In this document: in pieces, positions 26,210 to 38,382 of the stretch
How positions within the stretch are numbered: the stretch's first letter is position 1
Layout of the letters: each line of letters starts with the position of its first letter
Assembly (NCBI RefSeq): GCF_006345805.1
Contig: NC_042998.1
Location: 21,700,001 to 21,764,000, forward strand
DNA length: 64,000 nt
Direction: 5' to 3'
Source: Octopus sinensis
Lineage: Eukaryota
Made by a program: the position numbers and the translations under genes
The notes under the pieces: model-generated
What the model was told of the DNA's origin: nothing
Database searches by the model: none
The model's input: only the letters and a program-made list of their open reading frames with translations

Positions 26210-27233
26210 TGTGACGTCGTTGTGGTATGAAATGTTCCTAACATACACACATACATATACTAAGATAGCCACACAGAAGCATACAGTCACGCATGTCAGC
26301 CGTTACATATGTATATGTAGATGTGTGTGTGTTTAATAGCGTACCTAACGCGGAAAGACTAACTATGAGACATATACACACTGGTACATTTATACACGCT
26401 CACAGACAGATACACAGTCATATACAGAATATGATGTCGTTGTGATATGAAATGTTCTCTTGACAAAAAGTTTATCTCTATGAAATGTTATATTGTTTTA
26501 ATCGAAATGAAAATAAAATTTCGTATTGGCACTGACCAATCCTCACATACAGTATGTTTAATAACGTACCTAACGCGGAAAGACACACAGCGAGATATAT
26601 ACACACTCATACATTTATATACATATTCACAGACAGATACACAGTCCTATACAAAATGTGAAGTCGTCGTCGTAGTTAGATTTAAAAGTAAAAGTATAAA
26701 AGTGAAACATTATATCACATTACAATATAGATCTTATTCTTTCACTTTTGACACGTAATACCGAACCAGTACCGATGTTGGATTGTTTTAATCCAAATTA
26801 CAAACAAAAAAATACATGTTGACACTCACTGGGTCTGATAGTATTACCATGTAAAATTTGATTTGAGTGAGCCGTTTGAGAATGCATTGGGAACAAACAG
26901 ACTGAGAGATAAAAGATTATATATATATATATATATATAGTTATCCGTAATAATGAAGGGTGAAATTAATTAATTTGGAATAATTATCAATTACACCAAG
27001 TAGTCTTCGGCATGTAAAAGCCTCATTCGAGGAAAATTTAAGTAATACTAAGCAATAAAGGGTTTAGCAACGAATTGCCTTACCACATACCGAATTTAGA
27101 AATAGCAGTCAAAGAGTTATAGCTATTTCTTCTACTAAAAAGGGAGATCTCAGTAAAAACAGCAATTGGAAGGCAGACACAAACAGGTAAGAGAGAATGA
27201 ATTGACGGCAATCTATCATACAATTTTAAGTTA

Positions 27234-27340
27234 TCTACGGACGTACGTTTCGAAATCAAGTTTTTAGGAAAGCATAAGAATTAAATATTAAATATTAAAT
27301 AATTCTATCTCACCAAAACTTCTTTTCTCTTCAGCGTAGA
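27234..27340 (-). ncRNA. Type I hammerhead ribozyme, canonical core, extended stem II
   Basis: Minus strand: TCTACG-CTGAAGA-[about 76-nt hairpin]-GAAA-CGTACG-TC-CGTAGA, with perfect 6-bp stem I. Confidence 0.8.
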
Positions 27341-27793
27341 ATACTATAATCATAAATGATTATATATTGAATTTTGAGATACTAGAAGGCACCAACTCAA
27401 CTCAGTATCAGAGCGAGCTAGAATCCGCAACTAGTATCACCAAATTCAATGTTTGAATGAAAAGATTGTGTCACCAGCCCCTTCCCACCCGCGTGTAGCC
27501 AAAACAAGATGCTGTGGTCATCTACTGAGATAAAATATGGTTATCCGTAATAATGAAGGGTGAAATTAATTAATTTGGAATAATCTCCCTTTTTAGTAGA
27601 AGAAATAGCTATAACTCTTTGACTGCTATTTCTAAATTCGGTATGTGGTAAGGCAATTCGTTGCTAAACCCTTTATTGCTTAGTATTACTTAAATTTTCC
27701 TCGAATGAGGCTTTTACATGCCGAAGACTACTTGGTGTAATTGATAATTATTCCAAATTAATTAATTTCACCCTATGATTATGATTATAGTAT

Positions 27794-27900
27794 TCTACGC
27801 TGAAGAGAAAAGAAGTTTTGGTGAGATAGAATTATTTAATATTTAATATTTAATTCTTATGCTTTCCTAAAAACTTGATTTCGAAACGTACGTCCGTGGA
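27794..27900 (+). ncRNA. Type I hammerhead ribozyme, inverted copy
   Basis: TCTACG-CTGAAGA-GAAA..AAGTTTT..AGAATTA / TAATTCT..AAAACTT..TTTC-GAAA-CGTACG-TC-CGTGGA. Confidence 0.78.
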
Positions 27901-28441
27901 TAACTTAAAATTGTATGATAGATTGCCGTCAATTCATTCTCTCTTACCTGTTTGTGTCTGCCTTCCAATTGCTGTTTTTACTGAGATCTCCCTTTTTAGT
28001 AGAAGAAATAGCTATAACTCTTTGACTGCTATTTCTAAATTCGGTATGTGGTAAGGCAATTCGTTGCTAAACCCTTTATTGCTTAGTATATATATATATA
28101 TATATATTTCTAGATAGATGTATCACAGATATCGTCAGTAGTTCATAGTTCATATATCCTACAAAAAAAGTACACTCTAAAGCATTAGAACAGTGACATA
28201 CAGTATTTTTAGGAAGTTAAAAGTTATGGCCGGTTATAAAATGCCATTGGTTTCGACCCTATGAAGCACTTAGCAGTACAGGTGGTGGCTCAGCAAATTC
28301 AAATGGCGGAAGCCCCCCCCCCGGGCCATATGAGTTGCATATACTGCTATGCGCTTTATAGATGCAAAAACCTATAGACACTATTACTGGCCATAACTAT
28401 TGATTGATTGATCGAGACAGAAAGACATATGAATGAATGAA

Positions 28442-28486
<45 letters not shown>

Positions 28487-28487
28487 A

Positions 28488-28698
28488 CAAACATATAAGA
28501 GATGGCCATAATAGGACATCCGACTCACTAGAAAGAGCAGCTAAACTCCAAACCACTAATAGTTGTAATTCTGAAACGGAAAGAGAAATAAAAACGTTTG
28601 CCCTTTCCATTTCAGAATTACAACTATTAGTGGTTTGGAGTTTAGCTGCTCTTTCTAGTGAGTCGGATGTCCTATTATGGCCATCCCTTATATGTTTG
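28488..28698. repeat. Near-perfect foldback: 96-bp arms, 19-nt loop
   Basis: 28488-28583 vs 28603-28698, two mismatches seen. Confidence 0.9.
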
Positions 28699-28829
28699 AA
28701 TGTATATTATATAGTCTATTGACTATTTTTTCTTTCTCACTTGACCGCTGGTAGCGGAGAATTTTTCTAGAATTTTTTGCTACCTTAAAATTTATTAATT
28801 GATATATATATATACATGGGTCCATGAAT

Positions 28830-29452
28830 ATTGCCGTACTCACTGGTTTTGAAAGAACTATATTTCTCCCATATTCCTTTCAATTGCAGTGATACTGATT
28901 TCTATAATTGTGCATTTTTTTACCTCCTTTGTACCCAGAACGGCACTGGACTTATGGTATTTACAATTGGCTTATGTTTTTGACTGCAAGATTCCAATAT
29001 TATTTCTTAAGCTATTGAAACTTTATACCAAGACTAGCAGTATCGCCCGGCGTTGCTCGGGTTTGTAAGGGAAATAACTATATAAGCATTTTTAGAGAGT
29101 TACTTCCCTTATATAAACCGAGCAAAAAATGCATTAAAAAAACGAAAAAATGGTAATTTTTTTTTAATCGTAGACTCATCGTAGACGCGCGCTAATACCC
29201 AGAAGGGTTTGATATGAATCACGACTATAAGATACCCGCTTTTGGTTAAACTGCACCGCAAAATGTGGGAGTAATTAGGAATCTAAATCGGAGGAGACAG
29301 ACTCTCACACAACTTCAGTTTTATATTTAAAGATAATCTTCCTCATGAGAGACATTTTATATTGTTTCAGCAACAAAACATTCTTTATTGGTAAGTTATA
29401 TTTTGATAGCATTTTGAGTCAACTGTTGATTACATGTATACTTTCCACAGAA
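28830..29452 (-). mobile_element. Highly decayed RLE-type LINE remnant, interrupted by a Helitron
   Basis: VESIHVINS..KM...LP...VAETI (zinc-knuckle region) and YWNLAVK...CK....KKCTIIEIS (RLE-like); related PDYKFEFLPTIIGTHGFV at about 29945-30010. Confidence 0.45.
29034..29333 (-). mobile_element. Non-autonomous Helitron
   Basis: Same termini as the other copies. Confidence 0.8.
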
Positions 29453-29455
29453 ATA

Positions 29456-29652
29456 CGAAGGAGTGTTGAAAAGTTTCTGGCTTTGGGTAAAAGAAAATAC
29501 AGGAGAATCAGTTAATTATTATTTCATTCAACATAATCCCCTCTCAGAAAACTCATTGCAGCGGTCCTTCAGTTTTTCTAAGCCTTGTAAATGAACTCGG
29601 AAGGTCGGGCTTCCAGCCAAGCCTTTTGCGACCCCCTTAAGGCCAGGAACAT
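29456..29652. mobile_element. Mariner-type terminal fragment
   Basis: TA|CGAAGGAGTGTTGAAAAGTTTCTGGCT TIR-like end. Confidence 0.5.
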
Positions 29653-29721
29653 TTAAAATGTGCGTGTCAGCTGGTTGATTTTTTTTTCTGCAAACCCTAA
29701 ATTTTTCAGATTTTAGCTTAA

Positions 29722-29940
29722 CCCTTTAGTATTTAAACCGGCCATATCTGGCCAAAATAGTTAATCTGTTTTATGTTCAAACTGACCAGATCCAGGCCCT
29801 CACACCTACCCTACAATGTTATTCTACATGAAGTAATTACACCATCAAGATCTTGAAGATATGAGATAATGCATGATTAATTCAAATCAATGGGAATCAA
29901 TAAGCATTATGTTTGATAGGATAATCTGAACACTAAAGGG
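29722..29940. mobile_element. piggyBac-type MITE
   Basis: TTAA|CCCTTTAG ... CTAAAGGG|TTAA. Confidence 0.85.
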
Positions 29941-30449
29941 TTAAACATTTACTCACAAAACCATGTGTACCAATTATCGTTGGTAGAAATTCGAATTTAT
30001 AATCTGGGCTTTTGTAAACTTTTCAATGGCAGCTACTAGAACCAGTACTTCTCTCAAAGATAGTGATTCCAGAAGATACGGATGAAGCATAGAACGAACC
30101 GCCTCTCTCATCAAGTCGTTCTTTCATTGTTGCTTACAAGATTTGCTTGTGCTGTGGTAAGCCAATCTCGTGTCAGTTTTGCCTTGCTAGTTCTTTTAAA
30201 TGTACACATGAGTGACTTTCTAAAGAAAGTCGACATTTTGTACCAGATCTAATAGTTGGGGTTATCAGATCTCTCCCTGGTGTCTTCTCATTATGCAGTT
30301 TTCCCGCAGCTTTGCCAACAGTTTCAAAGATGATTACCTAAATTTTGCTGTCGAACTTGATATAGTATTTCTTCCTGGTTGTATTTAGACATGATGCATT
30401 ATGGGTGAAAACATTTCGTTTTTTTTTCTTTCCTGACCTTAGACCGAAT

Positions 30450-31051
30450 TGTATGTATGTGTATGTGTATGTGTGTATGTATGTGTGTATGTGTGTATGT
30501 ATGTGTGTATGTATGTATGTGTGTATGTATGTATGTGTGTATGTATGTATGTGTGTGTGTGTGTGTTGTGTGTGTGTGTGTGTGTGTGTATGTGTGTGTG
30601 TGTGTATGTGTGTGTGTATGTATGTGTGTGTGTATGTATGTGTGTGTGTATGTATGTGTGCGGGTGTGTATGTGCGTATGTGTATGTGCGTATGTGTATG
30701 TGCGTATGTGTATGTGCGTATGTGTATGTGCGTATGTGTATGTGCGTATGTGTATGTGCGTATGTGTATGTGCGTATGTGTATGCGTGTGTGTGCATGCG
30801 TGCGTGTGTGCATGCGTGCGTGTGCATGCGTGCGTGTGCATGCGTGCGTGTGCATGCGTGCGTGTGCATGCGTGCGTGTGTGTGGGTATGTGTGCATGTG
30901 CGTGTGTATGTGTGCGTGTGTATGTGTGCGTGTGTAAGCGTGCGAGCGTGCGCGTGCGTATGCGTGCGTGTGCATGCGTGCGTGTGTGTATGAATGTACG
31001 CATGTATTTTTGTATGTATGTATGTAGAAGTATGTATGGATACATGTGCGT

Positions 31052-31082
<31 letters not shown>

Positions 31083-31092
31083 CACGCGCGCG
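30450..31092. repeat. (TG/TATG/TGCG)n compound microsatellite
   Basis: Direct reading. Confidence 0.9.
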
Positions 31093-33299
31093 TTTAGGCG
31101 GTGAATTGCTAGAACCGTTTAAAGCTTTGCTGTATTTGTTCCGGTTGTTTAAGTTCCGAGTTCGAATCCTACACCAATGTCAGCTTTACCTGTCGTCGTT
31201 CCGGAGTCGATAAAAAATAAATGATAAAAAATAAATTAGCAGCCGAAATACTGAGGTGCAGCCTTCCATCTTCTAACCGCAACATCTTTGCGGTCTCGAT
31301 TTTTCAAAGATGCAAAGGTCACGAAGATGACCTTTGCATCTTTGTCCTCTTGTGATCATCACATGACCAACTAAAAGAGAACCGTAAACATTTTTCATGT
31401 TGCTACGAAGCCATATTCGATTGCGAGTAACGGGAAATTTTGTTACTTCGTTAGACGATTAATTAATTAATTAATTAGTCGGTCAGTAGGTCAGTTAGTA
31501 AGTAAGTAAGCTAGCTAACTAATTAGCTACTTAAATAGTTAGTTTGTTAGCTAGTTATTTACATACTTATGCATTTAATGATGTATGTATGTGTTTTCTC
31601 TTCCTGGGTGAAGTTTTAGGGTTTATTTTGACCAACGACTACCAGTTCATTGAACCAAATAGGCGCAGGAGTGGCTGTGTGGTAAGCAGTTTGCTTACCA
31701 ACCACATGGTTCCGGGTTCAGTCCCCCTGCGTGGCACCTTGAGCAAGTGTCTTCTTTTTTTTGTGATTACAATTTACTCATCTGTGTGTATGCGTGCGCG
31801 CGTGTGTATGCGTGTGCGCGTGTGTATGCGTGCGTGCGTGTGTGTGTGTGTGTGCGTGCGTGCGTGTGTGTGTGTGTGTGTGCGTGCGTGTGCGTGAGTA
31901 TGCGTGCGTGTGCATGCGTGCGTGCGTGTGTATGCGTGCGTGCGTGTGTATGCGTGCGTGCGTGCGTGCGTGTGCATGTGTATGCGTGCGAGCGTGCGCG
32001 TGCGTGAGCGTGCGCGTGCGTATGCGTACGTGTGTATGCGTGCGTGTGTGTATGAATGTACGCATGTATTTTTGTATGTATGTATGTAGAAGTATGCATG
32101 GATACATGTGCGTGTACAACGTACAATGACGAAAATGGTAAAGTTACGATCTTTGTGATTGAATCAGTCTCAAGATATCGAAGCATGGCCGCAGTCAAAT
32201 GACTGAAACAAGTAAAAGAGTAAAAGATATGTCTATATACTTGTGTATGTGTGTGTGCTTGTGTCTTGTTTGCCCCCCCTCACCGCTTGACAACCAGTGT
32301 TGTTTTTTTTTTACGTGCCCGTAACTAAATGTTTCAGCATAGAGCTTGGTAGTATAAGTACCAGGCTTAGAATTAAGTACTGGGTTCGATTTCTTCGACC
32401 TAAACTCTTCAAAGTGGTGCTCCAGTAAGGCCGCAATCAAATGACCGAAACAAACAAAGGATAAAGATTAAAAAAGACACTGTATGTTTAGTCTTCTCCA
32501 AACAACTTCGTGCACTGCACTCGGCTTTCTTGTCACCATACACGTGAAGCGATGTAGACGACTACGAAAGTGTCGACATACACGTTTAACCAGCTAGAAA
32601 TATGAAGATTCGAACCTTCATGCTGGCGATTGAAAACGATGACGGCTTATTACTGTTGTTATATATATAATGTATTGAGTATTAAAGGAAGTAGTGAGTA
32701 CTTAGTATGAAAGATTAAGAAAGTGAGAGAGACTGAAAAAACGTGTTAACGATACGAGATACTTTATTAGACTGCCATTGTTGTACAAGGTATTTGTTGT
32801 GGCGGGAAACTTACTGAATGTCCTTGTATCAAGGGAGACAATGGGCGACGTTGATTGTTCATGTCTGTTGTGATGATTACATAACAATTACTTCCTATGA
32901 AATCCAAGATGTTTGTTGTTTTTGTTTTTTTCTTTCCGATGTGCTAGAAAATGCTTCTTTTTTGTTTTTTGTGATTACAATTTGCCCATCTGCAGCTGAT
33001 GGAAGTTTAATACAATGACGTAAAATGGTAAAGTTACGACCTTTGTGATAAAATTAGTCTCTAGATATCGCAGGAATTCTAAAATAATTCTCTGAAAGTA
33101 CAGTTCTTAGCGGAAACACCAAAATACTTTGGAGGAGAAAATTCACCATGATCAAAAAAATACAATCTTCATTTGGCCACATACTTTAAGGGACATAAAC
33201 GAAGCCGAAAAGTACACGATAAATATCTATTAATTAAACACCAACGTCTTTAAAAGGAAGCACACATTGAATGGTATAACCTTAAGTATATAATACCGT

Positions 33300-33635
33300 G
33301 TGAAGGCGCATGGCTCGGTGGTTAGAGCGTCGAGCTTACGGTCGCAAGGTCGTGAGTTCGAATCCCGGACCGGGTTGGGTGTTGTGTTTTTGAGCAAGAC
33401 ACTTTATTTCATGTTGCTCCAGTTCACTCAGCTGTAGAAATGAGTTGCGACCCCACAGGTGCCAAGCTGTATCGGCCTTTGCCTTTCCCTTGGGTAACAC
33501 TAGTGGCCTGGAGAGGGGAGGCCGGTATGCATGGGCGACTGCTCGTCTTCCATAAACAACCTTGCCCGGACTTGTACCTAGGAGGGTAACTTTCTAGGTG
33601 CAATACCATGGTCATTCATGACCGAAGGGGGTCTC
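33300..33635 (+). mobile_element. tRNA-derived SINE family D with TSD
   Basis: Head GGCGCATGGCTCGGTGGTTAGAGCG..GTTCGAATCCC; TSD AGYATATAATACCGT at 33285-33299 and 33636-33650. Confidence 0.85.
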
Positions 33636-33717
33636 AGCATATAATACCGTAAGTTAGATGTGGTGATCATGGTTGAATCCCTTTAATTACAAATCTGCTC
33701 AGTCAGAGTAATGGTTC

Positions 33718-34430
33718 CCACTGCCCTGTTCAGCCAGGGTAGTGGGTTCTTGTAAGATTTTTAGGGGTTTACGCACTCAAAATAGTAAACTGGGGCTCAA
33801 CAGTGATATCTTAAGGGACCATGAAAACAATTCTGCTTTAATCCACTGCCCTGTTCAGCCAGAGTTCTTGTGAGATTTTTAGGTGTTTACGCAAGCAAAA
33901 TAGTAAACTGGGGCTCAACAGTGATATCTTAAGGGACCATGAAAACAATTCTGCTTTAATCCAGTACCCTGTTCAGCCAGAGTTCTTGTGAGATTTTTAG
34001 GGGTTTACGCAAGCAAAATAGTAAACTGGGGCTCAACAGTGATATCTTAAGGGACCATGAAAACAATTCTGCTTTAATCCAGTACCCTGTTCAGCCAGAG
34101 TTCTTGTGAGATTTTTAGGGGTTTACGCAAGCAAAATAGTAAACTGGGGCTCAACAGTGATATTTTAAGGGATCATGAAAACAATTCTGCTTTAATCCAC
34201 TGCCTTGTTCAGCCAGAGTTCTTGTGAGATTTTTAGGGGTTTACGCAAGCAAAATAGTAAACTGGGGCTCAACAGTGATATCTTAAGGGACCATGAAAAC
34301 AATTCTGCTTTAATCCACTGCCCTGTTCAGCCAGAGTTCTTGTGAGATTTTTAGGGGTTTACGCAAGCAAAATAGTAAACTGGGGCTCAACAGTGATATC
34401 TTAAGGGACCATGAAAACAATTTTGCTTTA
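33718..34430. repeat. Six-copy 118-bp tandem repeat
   Basis: Unit starts at 33718 (125 bp), 33843, 33961, 34079, 34197, 34315. Confidence 0.95.
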
Positions 34431-35099
34431 GATATATTTATTGCAAGAAACAGCTAGGCTTCTTTCTGTCACGTTTTACATAGTTCAACTTATACAGGTT
34501 AACCCATTCATGCCGAAATTTTTCTAGTGAATGAAATTACCTGAAAATTCACAGATACGATTATTTTGGCCTAAATAACAACTGAAAAAAAATTTCATTG
34601 AAATCCGTTTGATAGAGACTGCATACGCGTTCAGAACACGTTTCATTCTTTGATACAGATCACACACAAATCACAATTTGTATCAAGTATTTGTTTTTTA
34701 TACCCTTAAAAAATTAAGGGTCAGTGTAAACGGACGATCGGCATGAATTTGAAAGGATGAAAGGCAAAGTCGACCTCGGCGGAATTTGAACTCAGAACGT
34801 AACGGCAGACGAAATACTGCTAAGCATTTCGTCTGGCCTGCTAACGTTTCTGCCACTTATATTGAGATCAGACCCAGTCTACGCAGTTGCGAAGCGATCT
34901 TCTTAACCATACAAGTCATATCTTGTCATATCATCCTTTAAGGCGACTTTAAGGTTTAATGTATGAAAAACAAAATAGAAATTTTTGAAAGGGGTATCTA
35001 TAACACTAGTTTTTAAACATCGAATGGCTATGGGTGGCCACCAGAATTAAATAGGAATCAAAGAGGACCATAGACAAAAAAAATGGTTGAGAGTCACTG
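34330..35099. mobile_element. hAT-like MITE body with nested piggyBac-type MITE (34503-34749)
   Basis: Right end GGTTGAGAGTCACTG; nested TTAA|CCCATTCATGCCGA ... TCGGCATGAAT. Confidence 0.55.
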
Positions 35100-35631
35100 A
35101 TCTAGGGTTAAAACGCTGACACACAAGTCCAGTACTTTTTATTGATACCCGGTTAACTCATTTCATACTACAAAGGCGATGTCAGTCTCATTATAATTAT
35201 AATATTGGCTTCTTTTGATATATATATATACATATATATATATAGCCGAAGGACAGAGGAACGTTGAACTTAGATATCTTAATAGCCAACTCATATGATG
35301 TAATAATTCATTTTAAAATTGTGAATACCTTAAAATTATTTGACAAACTTTAGTGACAAGTCTCATCCCATAAGCTACAACAATGATTGATTTATATGAT
35401 CAAAGTTTTCTTGATAGAAAGCAGATGGGTGGCCTAAGGATAAACGCGGTAACTTTTCAATGGTTCCAGCAGCAACATTTAACAATGAAGCCAAAGAAAG
35501 CGCTGAAGCCTTGACGTTTTAGAAAGAAACAACTAAATGATCTCATATTGCGACATACCGCCTTAAAGGATGATATGACAAGATATGACTGTATGGTTAA
35601 GAAGATCGCTGGGTCTGATCTCAATATAAGT

Positions 35632-36435
35632 GGCAGAAACGTTAGCACGCCAGACGAAATGCTTAGCAGTATTTCGTCTGCCGTTACGTTCTGAGTTCAA
35701 ATTCCGCCGAGGTCGACTTTGCCTTTCCTCCTTTCGGGGTCGATAAATAAAGTACCAGTTACGCACTGAGGTCGATGCAATCGACTTAATCCGTTTGTCT
35801 GTCCTTGTTTGTCCTCTCTGTGTTTAGCCCCTTGTGGGTAGTAAAGAAATAGGTATTTCGTCTGCCGTTACGTTCTGAGTTCAAATTCCACCTAGGTCGA
35901 CTTTGCCTTTCATCCTTTCGGGGTCGATAAATTAAGTACCAGTTACGAACTGGGGTCGATATAATCGACTTAATCCGTTTGTCTGTCCTTGTTTGTCCTC
36001 TCTGTGTTTAGTCCCTTGTGGGTAGTAAAGAAATGGGTATTTCGTTTGCCGCTACGTTCTGAGTTCAAATTCCGCTGAGATCGACTTTGCCTTTCATCCT
36101 TCGGGATCGATAAATTAAGTACCAGTTGCGTACTAGGATCGATCTAATCGACTGGCCCCTTCCCCCAAAATTTAGGGCCTTGTGTCCAGAGTAGAAAATA
36201 ATATAAGTGGCACTATAAGGCAGGGAGCTAGCAGAATCGTTAGCATGCCGGGCAAAATGCTTAGCGGCATTTCGTCTGTCTTTATGTTCTGAGTTCAAAT
36301 TCTGCTGAGGTCGACTTTGTCTTTAATCCTTTTGGGATCAATGAAATAAGAACCAGCTGGACACTGGGATCGATGTAATCGACTTAGCGCCTCACCCGAA
36401 ATTTCTGGCCACATGCCAAAATTTGAAACCAATAT
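35632..36435 (+). mobile_element. SINE family C cluster with tandem internal units
   Basis: Repeats of about 184 bp joined at AAAGAAATAGG|TATTTCGTC. Confidence 0.85.
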
Positions 36436-36918
36436 AAACAGCGCTTCCGGTAAGTATATATTAATGTATAGTCTCAGACTGACCAATAGCTGTTAGTGAA
36501 ATTTGATAGAGGGCAATCAGAATTGTGATAATCTTTTCTGATCTAGGTACAAGGCCCGAAAGTTTTGGGGAAATAGGGCCAGTCGATTAGATCGACTCCA
36601 GTACGTAACTGATACTTAATTTATCAACACCGAAATGAACTGCGAAGTCGACCTCGGCGGAATTTGAACTCAAGAATGTGATAATATTGCATGTTCTATG
36701 CTCGGTAGTGTGTTTTGTAAGTTTTCTATCTTGTGTTTTCTAGGTTTAACTTTTTTCTAAAGATTTTTTTATGAAATGGTTATATTAGATCTAGTTCTCT
36801 TATCTTTTCTTTTAATTGCTTCAGTTATTAGACTGCCCGAATCGGTTGTCAATCATGGTAGGGGACAAACACGGGCGGAAAGACGCGCGCGCACACCCAC
36901 ACATTTCTTTCAGTTTCC

Positions 36919-37700
36919 TATTTCTTTACTGCCCACAAGGGGCTACACAAAGAGGGGACAAACAAGGACAGACAAACGGATTAAGTCGATTATATCAACC
37001 CCCAGTGCGTAACTGGTACTTATTTAATCGACCCCGAAAGGATGAAAGGCAAAGTCAACCTCGGTGGAATTTGAACTCAGAACGTAATGACAGACGAAAT
37101 ACCTATTTCTTTACTACCCACAAGGGGCTAAACACAGAGAGGACAAACAAGGACAGACAAAGGGATTAAGTCGATTATATCAATCCCAGTGCGTAGCTGG
37201 TACTTATTTAATCGACCCCGAAAGGATGAAAGGCAAAGTCAACCTCGGTGGAATTTGAACTCAGAACGTAATGACAGACGAAATACCTATTTCTTTACTA
37301 CCCACAAGGGGCTAAACACAGAGAGGACAAACAAGGACAGACAAACGGATTAAGTCGATTATATCGACCCTAGTGCGTAACTGGTGCTTATTTAATCGAC
37401 CCCGAAAGGATGAAAGGCAAAGTCGACCTTGACGGATTTTGAACTCAGAACGTAACGGCAGACGAAATACCTATTTCTTTACTACCCACAAGGGGCTAAA
37501 CACAGAGGACAAACAAGGACAGACAAACGGATTAAGTTGATTATATCGACCCCAGTGCGTAACTGGTACTTATTTAATCGACCCCGAAAGATGAAAGGTA
37601 AAGTCGACCTTGGCGGAATTTGAACTCAGAACGTAACAGCAGACGAAATACCGCTAAGCATTTCGCCCGGCGTGCTAACGATTCTGCCAGCTTGCTGCCC
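36919..37700 (-). mobile_element. Tetrameric SINE C inserted into a SINE A (about 36840-37857)
   Basis: Units at about 36917, 37102, 37286 and 37470, single head near 37700; TSD CATTTCTTTCAGTTTCC on both sides. Confidence 0.88.
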
Positions 37701-38382
37701 CATTTCTTTCAGTTTCCGTCAACCAAATCCACTCACAAGACTTTGGTCGGCCCGAGGCTTTAGCAGAAGATTTGCCCAAGGTGCTACGCAGTAGAACTGA
37801 ATCCGGAAACATGCGGTTGGGAAGCAAACTCTTAACTCACGGCCTCCCTTGCGCCTATAATATATTAATACTTTGTTTTGTTTTGGGTTTTTTTTTCAAC
37901 ATGGATTTCATCATTATCTCTACACCATATGTATTCTTCATTTTTACAAATCTCATTCACTTTTGCATGGAACTATACTCTTACGTCTATGTTGAGTTTC
38001 TCTGCCGAAAATTTTGCTGTCATTGACCGAAGTAAAAAGCGATTTTCTAAGATTTATAATGCCTATTCTAGCCAACTAAACTTCTTTATCTATTCTATAA
38101 ATACTTTCAAGATTGTTGGTCTGCCAAAATTTCTTCTTTTCCTTCCCTTACTGAAGTGACTAAAAGAATGTCTCGTCTTTCCATTCTTTCTCCTCTCTTC
38201 ACTTTTGGGACCCCTTCTTGTAAAGATTATTTCTTATTTGTTTTTTTTTTCTCGAACATCTGTCTTATAGAGCTCTCATCCTTCTTCAAGTTTCTCCAAA
38301 GAATATAATATTGATTTGAAATATTGCGACAAAGCGACATGGTCAACAACCTCGGAGGATGGGTCGGTCAAATATGAATGAC

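Larger units (their letters stand above)
24416..26940 (-). mobile_element. Large non-autonomous Helitron with nested SINE and Helitron
   Basis: CTAGCAGAGATACCTGGCGTTGCTCGGG at left; Helitron-type far end (..AAACAGAC..GATTATATATA) near 26900. Confidence 0.55.
26940..28088. mobile_element. Non-coding PLE/retrozyme-like element: 600-bp unit plus 45-bp terminal redundancy plus inverted partial copies
   Basis: GTTATCCGTAATAATGAAGGGTGAAATTAATTAATTTGGAATAAT at 26940 and 27540; about 27584-27774 is the reverse complement of about 26958-27148; about 27775-28088 is the reverse complement of about 27046-27354; flanked by (TA)n. Confidence 0.85.

Noticed and set aside
29957-30338. Minus-strand exon (TTTAG ... 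GTGAGT)
   Set aside because: All frames contain stops, and the end translates like an RLE-LINE C-terminus
33300-33375. tRNA gene (also heads near 25300, 44590, 48885, 51326)
   Set aside because: No clean acceptor stem or terminator; each continues into a SINE body, in some cases with a TSD
33718-34430. CRISPR array or coding repeat
   Set aside because: Whole units repeat with no unique spacers; 118 is not a multiple of 3 and there is no ORF
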